Under the pieces are notes generated by a model. That model was not told the DNA's origin. It saw nothing but the letters and a program-made list of their open reading frames with translations, and did no database searches. Of a stretch of DNA of 64,000 nucleotides, positions 34,704 through 46,787 are shown one piece after another; positions within the stretch are counted from its first letter, which is position 1; each line of letters begins with the position of its first letter. Both the position numbers and the translations under genes were made by a program. Where the stretch lies: contig OZ037840.1 of NCBI GenBank assembly GCA_964035575.1, positions 1,736,001-1,800,000 of the forward strand. The letters are read 5' to 3'. The stretch is from Rhynchopus sp. YZ270_cl-10 (lineage: Eukaryota).

Positions 34704-37101
34704 CCTAAGTGACTTATTCCATTCTTTTGTTCACTGTGAGACTGTACCGCAGAAAAATACGTTGTTTTTTGGATACTACTCAACTCCACTAAAGCAATGT
34801 CGCGACAGCCTCTCACTGGTCCAGAAAATGGGGTTTTTTTGGGGAGGTTTTATCTTCTTTGTGTCTTCTCTTGTATGCAGGATTTTTGTTCTCTCTTTTG
34901 AGTCGAAGAATCAGGCGGATAAACTTTTTTTTTGTGCGTGCATCCGTTTGAGGGGATTCTTGCGCTCAAGAACCATTGTGCTTTTTTTATCTAACAATTT
35001 TCAATTCTCCAGACCCCCCGTTTTTACTTTTTTTTTCACTTTTTTTCTTCAAAATAGCTCTCAAAGGTACTGTACTCGGTGCAGTCTTTTCTTCCCCACC
35101 CAGTTAAACGTTGTTTCACGTAAAACGATCCCCACCCTACCAAATGACAAAGGTGTCTTGCCTATGCCATAGTAAAAAGAGGAAATAAAACTCCCAAAAA
35201 CCCGAACCTTCGTTACTGGGTACCATTTTTTCCCCACCCACCCATCCTCTCCCCTTAGTTCTGCTCACATACGAGGTGTTGTGTGTTGTGTGTTTCAGTG
35301 CAGTTTACCTTAATGGCATGCACCTCCAAATATTAGGCAACAATCAATGCCCACAAAACACCTTTGTTCCCACGCCGTATTCGCAGTTGGGATTTAGCTT
35401 TTACCTGAGAGACCATTTTCAGGTCAACCAGAATTGACGTTTACCTACGCCCACACACACACGACAAAACACCTTTTTGGATGTGTCTTTCTCCCTTCTT
35501 GGTTTCTTTTTTCAACTTGTGCACGAAGCATTTTACTTTTCTTTTCTACGTTTTGCAAAACACCATAAAGAAAGATGGGATCATTTTTGTTGATCCCTCT
35601 CCATATCAATTTATTGATTGCATATGATGAAATTACTTTTTTCGAACCTTGTCTTGTGGTGGTGAGGGGGGGCAGACAGAGGGCACACTCAGCATTCACA
35701 CAAAGAGACAAAAAAAAGGCTCTGATGGTGCTCCGGGAGGGGTCGATATTGACAGGTCGCTGACAGGTCGTTGACCGATTTTCTGTAGCACCATCTGAGT
35801 GAATATTTTCAACTTACCTTCCTTCACCCCCCCCTGTAAGGGCAACCGTAGGTGAAGTAAGGTATAGTATTGAAATCGATGTGGGGGGGGAGTAAAGGGT
35901 CAATTTTACAAAACCAGATTTTGAGGAAAATTTTAGCCGAAAATGGGCCCCACGTATAAGGAACCGGGCTCATATTTCTCAAAATTTAAGTGGTCAAAAA
36001 ATTGTCCAATTTTCGAGATTGACCCCACCACTGCACGGGCGGATCCCAAAAATGCAAATAAGGACCCTTTTAAATTTGTTCTCTTGAAATGTGTAATTTC
36101 ATGTTTTCGCGAAAAAAATGACAACTGATCCTACAAGGGTTGAAGGAAGGTGGTTGAAAACAACAGTAACAAGGACAAGTAATTGCCAAGAAAAAACGGG
36201 GTGTGCTATGGAAAACTCCGCGCGATTTTCGAAACCACCGTAGCATCCTGGCGATTTGCTGGAGGTGCTGATGTGCCTGGTGTGATCGATGTGTTGTAGT
36301 CTGTGCATTCTGTGTTCCTTCCGCACTTCTCCAACGACGACGACAATGTGGGGAGCCTGTGGACAAAAACGAGCTGGACCACGCCGAGCCTGCCGAGCCG
36401 ACGTCCAATAACGCTCTCGAGCAGATGGTGCTGGATGAAGAGGACAGCCCCCCTTCTTGAACGTTTCAGATGCTGGCGTCCCAGTGGGTCTGGCAGCGTA
36501 CGAAGAGCGTTAGCATACCTGCAGAAGAGCAGAATGCTGGGCGTGTTGTAGATTATTTCTACAGGATGGAGTTCCACATTACACCCCGTTTTTTTTCCGA
36601 TAGCAATTACTTGTTTTTTTTGGGTCCTACCCACTCCTCACCAGCCAAGTATTTTTATCATGTTGCACTTATGTGATGAAAAAACACGTCGTCATGTGCA
36701 TTCTCTTTCCCAGCCTTGCGTATATAATGAACCTTTTTTTTTTTTTGGGTTGAAAATCTTTATTGTTGTTTCTTTTTCTTTCCTTGTGTGCTTTCTGGTT
36801 CTGGAAAGTATATGATAATTTCATTGTGGTTTTCGCCAAGGTCAGGTAAGTGGTCCTCCCCCCCACACAGAAGCGGCGTGGCTCACTAAATTTACCAAAT
36901 CCGCGAATGAGATTGCAATTTAAAAACAAAAAAATGGTTAGGCCTATTGGCCTTCATGTGAGAGTGAAGCCCTTTTTGAACTGTGCAGACTGCTTTGTGC
37001 GAATCGAACAGATTCAATCAAAGTAAACTAATGTCATTTGACATGACCCGTTCATGCATGCAACCATGTCTGGTTCTGTCCTGTGCAGTTTCTTCATAAC
37101 T

Positions 37102-37245
37102 CTAGTTGTCGGCCCAATTAGCGTATCAGAGTGTCTAATTATTCGATTATGAGAGTATTTTTTAGAGTTTTCAAAACTCTAACTGGACTCTGATATTCTT
37201 ATAGACTCTAATAATTTCCAAAACTCTAATTTGACCGACAACTAG
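37102..37245. mobile_element. MITE with TIR CTAGTTGTCGG
   Basis: CTAGTTGTCGGCCCAATTAG / CTAATTTGACCGACAACTAG with internal ACTCTA repeats. TSD ambiguous. Confidence 0.55.
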
Positions 37246-37263
37246 GCATAACGCATAATATTA

Positions 37264-37983
37264 GGGTAGGCACACTTTTTTTTTGTTTAATGCTCGCGCG
37301 CGCGGAAAATTTTGAGATTCCAAAAAAAAAAAACATGGAAGAAAAAAAAACATTGCCTTACGTCAACAGGTTATCTTGACTTTCCCTCCCGTCTTCCTCC
37401 ACGGGAAAAATCAACCAAATATCTTCGAACACAGAGAATCCTCCATACACGAGTGGGTCACATGATATAATTCCAGCATGTGACCCCACCGTGGAGAGCA
37501 ATCGGCTCGCGCATCAAAAGAAAGCAGAGAAAAGGGGAAAATAAAAAGACAAAAGTTGGGTACCGTGCGCCTGCGGCGCTACCTGTTCCCAGTCAGGAAC
37601 GCCACAATTTTATCCGAATTTGGATTTTCCGACCTGAAAATGACCCTTGTTTATGAGGATGGGTTCATATTTTGTAGAAATTTATGCCACTAAAATTTCG
37701 GTTTTTCTGTATATCCCCCACCACGAACGAGCGGATTCTGGAAATGCCTATCGCGGCATGTTTGGGCTGAAAACCCACTGTTTTTTCAAGGAAAAAAATT
37801 GCTTCCGGATGTCGGAATTTCCCGGAAAATTTCCAGAATTAGAAAACAGCCTGGCTTCGATGTCTTATTTTTGCTGTGTCTCTGTGTGTGTTTTTTTTTC
37901 TTTGTGTGTTTTTTTCTGCGCGCGCGCGCGGAACTTTTTGGGACCCGACCGAGCATTAAACAAAAAAAAAAGTGTGCCTACCT
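37264..37983. mobile_element. Non-autonomous TIR element with TTA TSD (PIF/Harbinger- or Kolobok-like)
   Basis: GGGTAGGCACAC(T)nGTTTAATGCTCG / CGAGCATTAAAC(A)nGTGTGCCTACCT, flanked by TTA on both sides. Confidence 0.75.
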
Positions 37984-39544
37984 TTAGCAAAATTCTCGAA
38001 AATTTTCTAACGATCAATGTTTATAATCAGGCAACGTGACGGCGGGAGTTTTTTTTTTCTCTTGTTTTTTTGTTGTTGTTTTTTTCGCTCTGATATTTTC
38101 TAATACGCGGTCTGCTGTGAACTTCACTTTCGTTTTTATTGTGCTGCTCGCATGGTCAGCGTACTAGCTTCTTATTGGCTTACGACATCTATCCTGTTTC
38201 TTTGAGTACTCAATTAACCACAACCACTTCAGTTTAACACATTTTTTATTTTTGTTTTCCGGCTTTGAGCGCACAAATGAAAGACCCGATCTTTTTTAAT
38301 TTTTCTTTTTGCAAGTCCACTTAGAGTGTCATCTTGCCGCAAGCCGAGGTGACTAAGCACGAGCTGAGGTTCATCTTATAATTTTTGTTTTGCCCTTAGC
38401 TGGAAAGTGTGTTTTCACCGTCATGCTATGTGCCTGCGTCTGCCGGTATCCGGTGGTGTCTTTGCACCCCATCATCGCTTTCTGTTTTTCTTTCCCCTCG
38501 CTGGTTTGTTTTTCGTTTTTTGTTTTTGTTTCCTTTTCTCATTTCATTCCGTAGGGTCATCTTATAAACTTTTCTTTAAGTTAAGGTATTTGTCGTTCAA
38601 CTGGAAGCCTCGCCTTTCGCCACAGGTTAATATACGTGGGTGTATTCAGCACTTTGAGGGGTTTGGTGGCTTTACTTTACGGACGGGGCATAGCTTTTGC
38701 TTTTTATTATTTTTCTTTTTTCTTTTTTCTTTTGCGAAAACGACACAAAATATATATTCAACGGAATGCAACGAGAATACCCAATACCCTTTATCTAAGT
38801 ACAAGACACTTGGTTTATCTGTTACAAAAACCATTCCCTTTTTGTATACGACGTGGGTGGCGTACAAACAAAAAAAAAAATACGAACGGGGTTTTTATTA
38901 TTGGTCCATGTTAGTATCGTTCCACCGAATGCAGAGAATATGTGGCTACTTTTCCTGTAAGTAAACACCGTAATAGTGCATTTTTTTTTGTAATTTATTA
39001 TCCGTCGAGCCTATTAGGGTCATTTCCCCTCTCCTCTCTCAGGTCGATGGTGGTTAACCCCACGAGGCTTACCACCATCTCTGCCTTTATGTGTATTCTG
39101 TAAACTCGTCCCCTTTCCTGAGGCCTACTGTGTTGTGGTGATCTTGTCCACGTCTCCTGGCAGGTACCAGTGATGGAACTCAAAATAAGGTCACACACAT
39201 TGAGTCGTTGGCCCACATCCGCTGGCACGAGTCATTTGTTTTTCTTGTTCTTCTGTTATTTTTTGTTTACTTTACGTTTGTTTTTTTGTGCATGCTCAAA
39301 TGTCGATAACTGTATAAGGCGAGGCTTCGCTTATCTGAGCAACAATTTTCTCTTTCTTTGCCTCTCTTTTTCAGCATAACTATTTGGGAATATGGGGCAT
39401 TGATACAATGCACGTTGCATCCCCAGCCGCTCAAAGCAGCAGTCCCTGGCCCCCTCTCTTCCTTTTTGCAATATCACTTCTCCTCATCACACTCACCCAA
39501 CATTACCCCACAGTATCCTGTCCACGTCTTACACGCTTGTAGTG

Positions 39545-42500
39545 ATGTTCATAGCTGCAACCCTGCTAACTGTGGTGTCCGCAGCACTCACGTGCACGGA
39601 ACACTCCCCATCCTCCTGTGCCGAGGTGCAAGGCTGCATCTGGGACGATGGTCTCTCGCTCTGTGTCGACACAGCTGTACTCACAAAGCAGAAAGCCAGT
39701 TGTGCGTCCATTACGAGCAGTGTCAGTTGCATAGTCCACGGCTGTCTCTGGACAGACCACGGCTGTGCGGAGGACACGTTCAGCTGTTCTTCCTTGCGAT
39801 ATGTTAGCTGTGTGCTTGCCAGCAACTGCACCTGGGATTACATCATTAATGCCTGCTTCGAATCTAAGATCACCTGCGACAACATCACCAACTACGGACA
39901 CTGTCTTGATTCAGGATGTACGTGGATCGGAAACCATTGTGCTGATGCCGACACCTCCTGCGATGTGAGGGACCGCTGGAGTTGTGTGCATGACAACAAC
40001 TGCACTTGGGATAGGTGCACCAACACCTGCTTGGATGCTGATTCCTCGTGTCCAAGCTATGTCTCTCGCAGAACGTGTTCTGAAGCAGGCTGCACGTGGA
40101 CGGAACATGGCTGTGTGGACAACATCACCTCCTGCGATACCATGGACTACATGGAATGCATTCTCGACGACAGCTGCATTTGGGACTACAACATTGATGA
40201 GTGCTTCGATGGTAACATGTCCTGTTCCAACATTACCAATACCAGGTTCTGTCTCGACTCAGGATGTACGTGGATCGGAAACCATTGTGCTGATGCCGAC
40301 ACCTCCTGCGATGTGAGGGACCGCTGGAGTTGTGTGCATGACAACAACTGCACTTGGGATAGGTGCACCAACACCTGCTTGGATGCTGATTCCTCGTGTC
40401 CAAGCTATGTCTCTCGCAGAACGTGTTCTGAAGCAGGCTGCACGTGGACGGAACATGGCTGTGTGGACAACATCACCTCCTGCGATACCATGGACTACAT
40501 GGAATGCATTCTCGACGACAGCTGCATTTGGGACTACAACATTGATGAGTGCTTCGATGGTAACATGTCCTGTTCCAACATTACCAATACCAGGTTCTGT
40601 CTCGACTCAGGATGTACGTGGATCGGAAACCATTGTGCTGATGCCGACACCTCTTGCGATGTGAGGGACCGCTGGAGTTGTGTGCATGACAACAACTGCA
40701 CCTGGGACAAGTACACCAACACCTGCTTGGATGCTGATTCCTCGTGTCCAAGCTATGTCTCTCGCAGAACGTGTTCTGAAGCAGGCTGCACGTGGACTGA
40801 ACATGGCTGCGTTGAGCACACAACCTACTGTGGAAACATGGACTACATGGAATGCATTCTCGATGACAGCTGCATTTGGGACTACAACATTGATGAGTGC
40901 TTCGATGGTAACATGTCCTGTTCCAACATTACCGATACAAGATTTTGTCTTGATTCTGGATGTACGTGGATCGGAAACCATTGTGCTGATGCCGACACCT
41001 CTTGCGATGTGAGGGACCGCTGGAGTTGTGTGCATGACAACAACTGCACTTGGGATAGGTACACCAACACCTGCTTGGATGCTGATTCCTCGTGTCCAAG
41101 CTATGTCTCTCGCAGAACGTGTTCTGAAGCAAACTGCACGTGGACTAAGCATGGCTGTGTGGACAACATCACCTCCTGCGATACCATGGACTACATGAAC
41201 TGTATTCTCGATGACAGCTGCATTTGGGACTACAACATTGATGAGTGCTTCGATGGTAACATGTCCTGTTCCAACATTACCAATACCAGGTTCTGTCTTG
41301 ACTCAGGATGTACGTGGATCGGAAACCATTGTGCTGATGCCGACACCTCTTGCGATGTGAGGGACCGCTGGAGTTGTGTGCATGACAACAACTGCACTTG
41401 GGATAGGTACACCAACACCTGCTTGGATGCTGATTCCTCGTGTCCAAGCTATGTCTCTCGCAGAACGTGTTCTGAAGCAGGCTGCACGTGGACTGAACAT
41501 GGCTGCGTTGAGCACACAACCTACTGTGGAAACATGGACTACATGGAATGCATTCTCGATGACAGCTGCATTTGGGACTACAACATTGATGAGTGCTTCG
41601 ATGGTAACATGTCCTGTTCCAACATTACCGATACAAGATTTTGTCTCGACTCAGGATGTACGTGGATCGGAAACCATTGTGCTGATGCCGACACCTCTTG
41701 CGATGTGAGGGACCGCTGGAGTTGTGTGCATGACAACAACTGCACTTGGGATAGGTACACCAACACCTGCTTGGATGCTGATTCCTCGTGTCCAAGCTAT
41801 GTCTCTCGCAGAACGTGTTCTGAAGCAAACTGCACGTGGACTGAACATGGCTGTGTGGACAACATCACCTCCTGCGATACCATGGACTACATGAACTGTA
41901 TTCTCGACGACAGCTGCATTTGGGACTACAACATTGATGAGTGCTTCGATGGTAACATGTCCTGTTCCAACATTACCGATACAAGATTTTGTCTCGACTC
42001 AGGATGTACGTGGATCGGAAACCATTGTGCTGATGCCGACACCTCTTGCGATGTGAGGGACCGCTGGAGTTGTGTGCATGACAACAACTGCACTTGGGAT
42101 AGGTACACCAACACCTGCTTGGATGCTGATTCCTCGTGTCCAAGCTATGTCTCTCGCAGAACGTGTTCTGAAGCAAACTGCACGTGGACTAAGCATGGCT
42201 GTGTGGACAACATCACCTCCTGCGATACCATGGACTACATGAACTGTATTCTCGATGACAGCTGCATTTGGGACTACAACATTGATGAGTGCTTCGATGG
42301 TAACATGTCCTGTTCCAACATTACCAATACCAGGTTCTGTCTTGATTCTGGATGTACGTGGATCGGAAACCATTGTGCTGATGCCGACACCTCTTGCGAT
42401 GTGAGGGACCGCTGGAGTTGTGTGCATGACAACAACTGCACCTGGGACAAGTACACCAGCACCTGCTTGGATGCTGATTCCTCGTGTCCGAGCTATGTCT

Positions 42501-45500
42501 CTCGCAGAACGTGTTCTGAAGCAGGCTGCGCGTGGACGGAACATGGCTGCGTTGAGCACACAACCTACTGTGGAAACATGGACTACATGGAATGCATTCT
42601 CGATGACAGCTGCATTTGGGACTACAACATTGATGAGTGCTTCGATGGTAACATGTCCTGTTCCAACATTACCGATACAAGATTTTGTCTTGACTCAGGA
42701 TGTACGTGGATCGGAAACCATTGTGCTGATGCTGACACCTCTTGCGATGTGAGGGACCGCTGGAGTTGTGTGCATGACAACAACTGCACTTGGGATAGGT
42801 ACACCAACACCTGCTTGGATGCTGATTCCTCGTGTCCGAGTTATGTCTCTCGCAGAACGTGTTCTGAAGCAGGCTGCACGTGGACTGAACATGGCTGCGT
42901 TGAGCACACAACCTACTGTGGAAACATGGACTACATGGAATGCATTCTCGATGACAGCTGCATTTGGGACTACAACATTGATGAGTGCTTCGATGGTAAC
43001 ATGTCCTGTTCCAACATTACCGATACAAGATTTTGTCTTGACTCAGGATGTACGTGGATCGGAAACCATTGTGCTGATGCTGACACCTCTTGCGATGTGA
43101 GGGACCGCTGGAGTTGTGTGCATGACAACAACTGCACTTGGGATAGGTACACCAACACCTGCTTGGATGCTGATTCCTCGTGTCCGAGTTATGTCTCTCG
43201 CAGAACGTGTTCTGAAGCAGGCTGCACGTGGACTGAACATGGCTGCGTTGAGCACACAACCTACTGTGGAAACATGGACTACATGGAATGCATTCTCGAT
43301 GACAGCTGCATTTGGGACTACAACATTGATGAGTGCTTCGATGGTAACATGTCCTGTTCCAACATTACCGATACAAGATTTTGTCTCGACTCAGGATGTA
43401 CGTGGATCGGAAACCATTGTGCTGATGCTGACACCTCTTGCGATGTGAGGGACCGCTGGAGTTGTGTGCATGACAACAACTGCACTTGGGATAGGTGCAC
43501 CAACACCTGCTTGGATGCTGATTCCTCGTGTCCGAGCTATGTCTCTCGCAGAACGTGTTCTGAAGCAAACTGCACGTGGACTGAACATGGCTGTGTTGAG
43601 GAGAACACAACATGCACATCTCTTAAGTTTACTGACTGCGTGTCCGACAGCAACTGCACTTGGGACTACAACATTGATGAGTGCTTCGATGCCAACCAGA
43701 CGTGTGACGACATCACAAACCCCTGGTTCTGCTTTGATTCGGGATGCACTTGGATCGGAAACCACTGTGCTGACGGAAACACATCTTGTCCTGACAGGGA
43801 TATGTGGAGCTGTGCACGTGACCACAACTGCACTTGGAACAGTTACACGAACACCTGCTTCGATGCGAACACGACGTGTCCGAGCTACATCAAGACATGG
43901 ACGTGTGCCGCTCAGCCAAACTGCACATGGTCAGACCACGGCTGTGTTGAGGACAACACCACATGCGCGTTCCTGAACTTCACCGACTGCATTCTTGACA
44001 GCAACTGCACATGGGACAACTCCACCGACACTTGCTTTGACGGAAACATGACCTGTGGAGACATCATGAACGCTACCACCTGTGTTGACGCGAACTGCAC
44101 ATGGACAGGACAGGACTGTGTTGATGCAAATGCGACGTGCAACTCCTTCAACTTCGTCGACTGTGTGTCCGACGGCAACTGCACTTGGGACTACAACATT
44201 AATGAGTGCTTTGAAGCCAACCAGACGTGCGGTGAAATCACAAACCCCTGGTTCTGCTTTGATTCTGGATGCACTTGGATCGGAAACCACTGTGCTGACG
44301 GAAACACATCTTGTCCTGACAGGGATATGTGGAGCTGTGCACGTGACCACAACTGCTCTTGGAACAGCTACACGAACACCTGCTTCGATGCGAACACGAC
44401 GTGTCCGAGCTACATCAAGACGTGGACGTGTGCCGCTCAGCCAGACTGCACATGGACCAACGACGGCTGTGTGGTTGACAACACCACATGTGCGTTCCTG
44501 AACTTCACCGACTGCATTCTTGACAGCAACTGCACATGGGACAACTCCACCGATACTTGCTTTGACGGAAACATGACCTGTGGAGACATCGTGAACGCCA
44601 CCACCTGTGTTGATGAGAACTGCACATGGACAGGACAGGACTGTGTTGATGCAAATGCGACGTGCAACTCCTTCAACTTCGTCGACTGCGTGACCGACAG
44701 CAACTGCACTTGGAACTTCAACACTCACGAGTGCTTTGAAGCCAACCAGACGTGCGGTGAGATCACAAACTTCATGTTCTGCTTTTATTCTGGATGCACT
44801 TGGATCGGAAACCACTGTGCTGACGGGAACACATCTTGTCCTGAGAGGGATCTGTGGAGCTGTGCACGTGACAGCAACTGCACTTGGGACAGGTACACGA
44901 ACACTTGTCTGTATGCCAACACGACGTGTCCGAGCTACATCAAGACATGGACGTGTGCCGCTCAACCAAACTGCACATGGTCAGACCGCGGCTGTGTTGA
45001 GGACAACATCACATGTGCGTTCTTGAACTTCACCGACTGCATTCTTGACAGCAACTGCACATGGGACAACTCCACCGACACTTGCTTTGATGGAAACATG
45101 ACCTGTGGAGACATCATGAACGCCACCACCTGTGTTGACGCGAACTGCACATGGACAGGACAGGACTGTCTCGATGCAAATACGACGTGTGGTGATTTTG
45201 AAGGTGCGAGCCTCTGTGGACGTAACTCGGACTGTGTGTGGTCAGGGACGTACTGTGCCTCCCGGAACCCCTGCGCTCTGCACGACGCAGACGTCGACTG
45301 CAGAGAGCACGGGTGTTCTTGGTCCGCTGGTGAGTGCAAGCAGTCTGACAGCCTGCCTGTGTGGGTACTGCCTCTCAGTATTGCTGCTGGTGTGGCGCTG
45401 TTGGGAGTGGCGGCTGCGCTGGTGGTCATGAAGTACCGCGCGAGGCTTGCGTTGAAGCTAGTGTCGCATGTGAAGCACGAGGATTTGGAACGTATGTTGA

Positions 45501-45559
45501 ACGTTCACGATGTGTGCGACAGTGAGAACGTGGTCGTGTATGATGCGTTGCCAGAGTAG
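39545..45559 (+). CDS. Cysteine-rich repeat type I membrane glycoprotein, paralog 1 (about 2004 aa)
   Basis: Signal MFIAATLLTVVSA; about 29-aa modules C-x-C-x-C-x-W-x-C; 11 x 348-bp then about 3 x 525-bp units; TM WVLPLSIAAGVALLGVAAALVVM; short tail. Confidence 0.92.
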   Translation: MFIAATLLTVVSAALTCTEHSPSSCAEVQGCIWDDGLSLCVDTAVLTKQKASCASITSSVSCIVHGCLWTDHGCAEDTFSCSSLRYVSCVLASNCTWDYIINACFESKITCDNITNYGHCLDSGCTWIGNHCADADTSCDVRDRWSCVHDNNCTWDRCTNTCLDADSSCPSYVSRRTCSEAGCTWTEHGCVDNITSCDTMDYMECILDDSCIWDYNIDECFDGNMSCSNITNTRFCLDSGCTWIGNHCADADTSCDVRDRWSCVHDNNCTWDRCTNTCLDADSSCPSYVSRRTCSEAGCTWTEHGCVDNITSCDTMDYMECILDDSCIWDYNIDECFDGNMSCSNITNTRFCLDSGCTWIGNHCADADTSCDVRDRWSCVHDNNCTWDKYTNTCLDADSSCPSYVSRRTCSEAGCTWTEHGCVEHTTYCGNMDYMECILDDSCIWDYNIDECFDGNMSCSNITDTRFCLDSGCTWIGNHCADADTSCDVRDRWSCVHDNNCTWDRYTNTCLDADSSCPSYVSRRTCSEANCTWTKHGCVDNITSCDTMDYMNCILDDSCIWDYNIDECFDGNMSCSNITNTRFCLDSGCTWIGNHCADADTSCDVRDRWSCVHDNNCTWDRYTNTCLDADSSCPSYVSRRTCSEAGCTWTEHGCVEHTTYCGNMDYMECILDDSCIWDYNIDECFDGNMSCSNITDTRFCLDSGCTWIGNHCADADTSCDVRDRWSCVHDNNCTWDRYTNTCLDADSSCPSYVSRRTCSEANCTWTEHGCVDNITSCDTMDYMNCILDDSCIWDYNIDECFDGNMSCSNITDTRFCLDSGCTWIGNHCADADTSCDVRDRWSCVHDNNCTWDRYTNTCLDADSSCPSYVSRRTCSEANCTWTKHGCVDNITSCDTMDYMNCILDDSCIWDYNIDECFDGNMSCSNITNTRFCLDSGCTWIGNHCADADTSCDVRDRWSCVHDNNCTWDKYTSTCLDADSSCPSYVSRRTCSEAGCAWTEHGCVEHTTYCGNMDYMECILDDSCIWDYNIDECFDGNMSCSNITDTRFCLDSGCTWIGNHCADADTSCDVRDRWSCVHDNNCTWDRYTNTCLDADSSCPSYVSRRTCSEAGCTWTEHGCVEHTTYCGNMDYMECILDDSCIWDYNIDECFDGNMSCSNITDTRFCLDSGCTWIGNHCADADTSCDVRDRWSCVHDNNCTWDRYTNTCLDADSSCPSYVSRRTCSEAGCTWTEHGCVEHTTYCGNMDYMECILDDSCIWDYNIDECFDGNMSCSNITDTRFCLDSGCTWIGNHCADADTSCDVRDRWSCVHDNNCTWDRCTNTCLDADSSCPSYVSRRTCSEANCTWTEHGCVEENTTCTSLKFTDCVSDSNCTWDYNIDECFDANQTCDDITNPWFCFDSGCTWIGNHCADGNTSCPDRDMWSCARDHNCTWNSYTNTCFDANTTCPSYIKTWTCAAQPNCTWSDHGCVEDNTTCAFLNFTDCILDSNCTWDNSTDTCFDGNMTCGDIMNATTCVDANCTWTGQDCVDANATCNSFNFVDCVSDGNCTWDYNINECFEANQTCGEITNPWFCFDSGCTWIGNHCADGNTSCPDRDMWSCARDHNCSWNSYTNTCFDANTTCPSYIKTWTCAAQPDCTWTNDGCVVDNTTCAFLNFTDCILDSNCTWDNSTDTCFDGNMTCGDIVNATTCVDENCTWTGQDCVDANATCNSFNFVDCVTDSNCTWNFNTHECFEANQTCGEITNFMFCFYSGCTWIGNHCADGNTSCPERDLWSCARDSNCTWDRYTNTCLYANTTCPSYIKTWTCAAQPNCTWSDRGCVEDNITCAFLNFTDCILDSNCTWDNSTDTCFDGNMTCGDIMNATTCVDANCTWTGQDCLDANTTCGDFEGASLCGRNSDCVWSGTYCASRNPCALHDADVDCREHGCSWSAGECKQSDSLPVWVLPLSIAAGVALLGVAAALVVMKYRARLALKLVSHVKHEDLERMLNVHDVCDSENVVVYDALPE

Positions 45560-46348
45560 AGTGGATATTGCTCCTCCACAGACACAGCATTCAAATCTCT
45601 GTGATGTGTCTGCTGTGTTTTTTGGTACAACCGGTCATGTCACGAGGGCGCTTTGTATTTCAACTCTACTAATTTACTGGCTTATTTTGTCAGTTTTTTT
45701 TTTGACAGAGGCTATTTTGCTCTTTTGATGCCTGCCGTTGTGCTTTTCTACAAGCTTCCTTCAACCCCTGTAAGGTCACTAGCCTGCAGGTATAGTACGG
45801 TACAATACGGAAGTCGATGTAAATTTTTGTTGAAAATGGGCCACCTATTAGTGCATATTTTCCCCAAAGTTTATGTGGTCAAAAAATTGTCCAATTGTCG
45901 AGATTGACCCCACCACTGCACGTGCGGATCCCAAAAACGCAAATGAGGGTAATTTGTTTCCTTGAAATGTGTTATTAGAATAATTTCAAGTTTTCAAGAA
46001 AACAACTGATCCTACAGGGGTGGAAGGAAGGTGTGTGGAAAACTAACAACCTTTTGTGCTTTCATCCAGCTGGCATCGTACGTGGGTCAGTTGGAGGTGC
46101 CAGCATCAACAAACTTTACTTTTTATTCTATAGCAATTCCTTGTTTCTTTCTTGAAAGCAATCAAGGTCCACGTGTTGTCGTCAGACGTATTTTGATAGT
46201 CTTTTGTTCATTGTCTGAAAATGGTGGGGCCACTGCACAAGCTGTGACCCCAGCACACATATCTCTATGTCATGACGTGGACCTGATGCTTTCGAAAGGC
46301 GGGGAAAGAAAAGAATCCGTGTAGTGTAACCAAAAAAAAACAACTCAG

Positions 46349-46787
46349 GTGGTGCCGGGGGGTATGCATTTCACAAATTTTCACAAAATGTGACAAGTTT
46401 TCACAACACGAAAACCGCTATAAAATTGTGAAGGCTGGTGAAAAATGGTGAAAAATGGTGAAAAGTTGTGAAAAGTTGTGAATTGATTTTTTTTTTTTGG
46501 GGGGGTTTTTTTTTGGGTTGGGTGGTGACCCACCCATTGAGGGGTATGCTGGGATTCACAAGATAGAACGTGATGTGGTGTACCTGTGTACTGTGCACTG
46601 TGCGGAAATGACGAGAACTTGTCCATTTCGGCAAATTGACCCCACCACTGGCCGGACGGATTCCGGAAATGCAAATGCCGGCATTTAAAAGCTTCACCAA
46701 CGAAGAAAAAAAGGGTGGTGAAAAGTTGTGAAAAGTTGTGAATTGAATTAAAAATTTGTGAAATGCATACCCCCCGGGAAGCACCAT
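46349..46787. mobile_element. Non-autonomous TIR element
   Basis: CCGGGGGGTATGCATTTCACAAATTTT / AAAATTTGTGAAATGCATACCCCCCGG with (GTGAAAA)n subterminal repeats. Exact ends uncertain. Confidence 0.65.

Noticed and set aside
36206..36634. GC-richer patch with ORFs on both strands
   Set aside because: Probably a decayed element fragment, but no motif could be assigned.
46056..46112. Hammerhead or HDV ribozyme in family Z (minus strand TGATG...GAAA)
   Set aside because: The CTGATGA core and the required stems cannot be built by eye.
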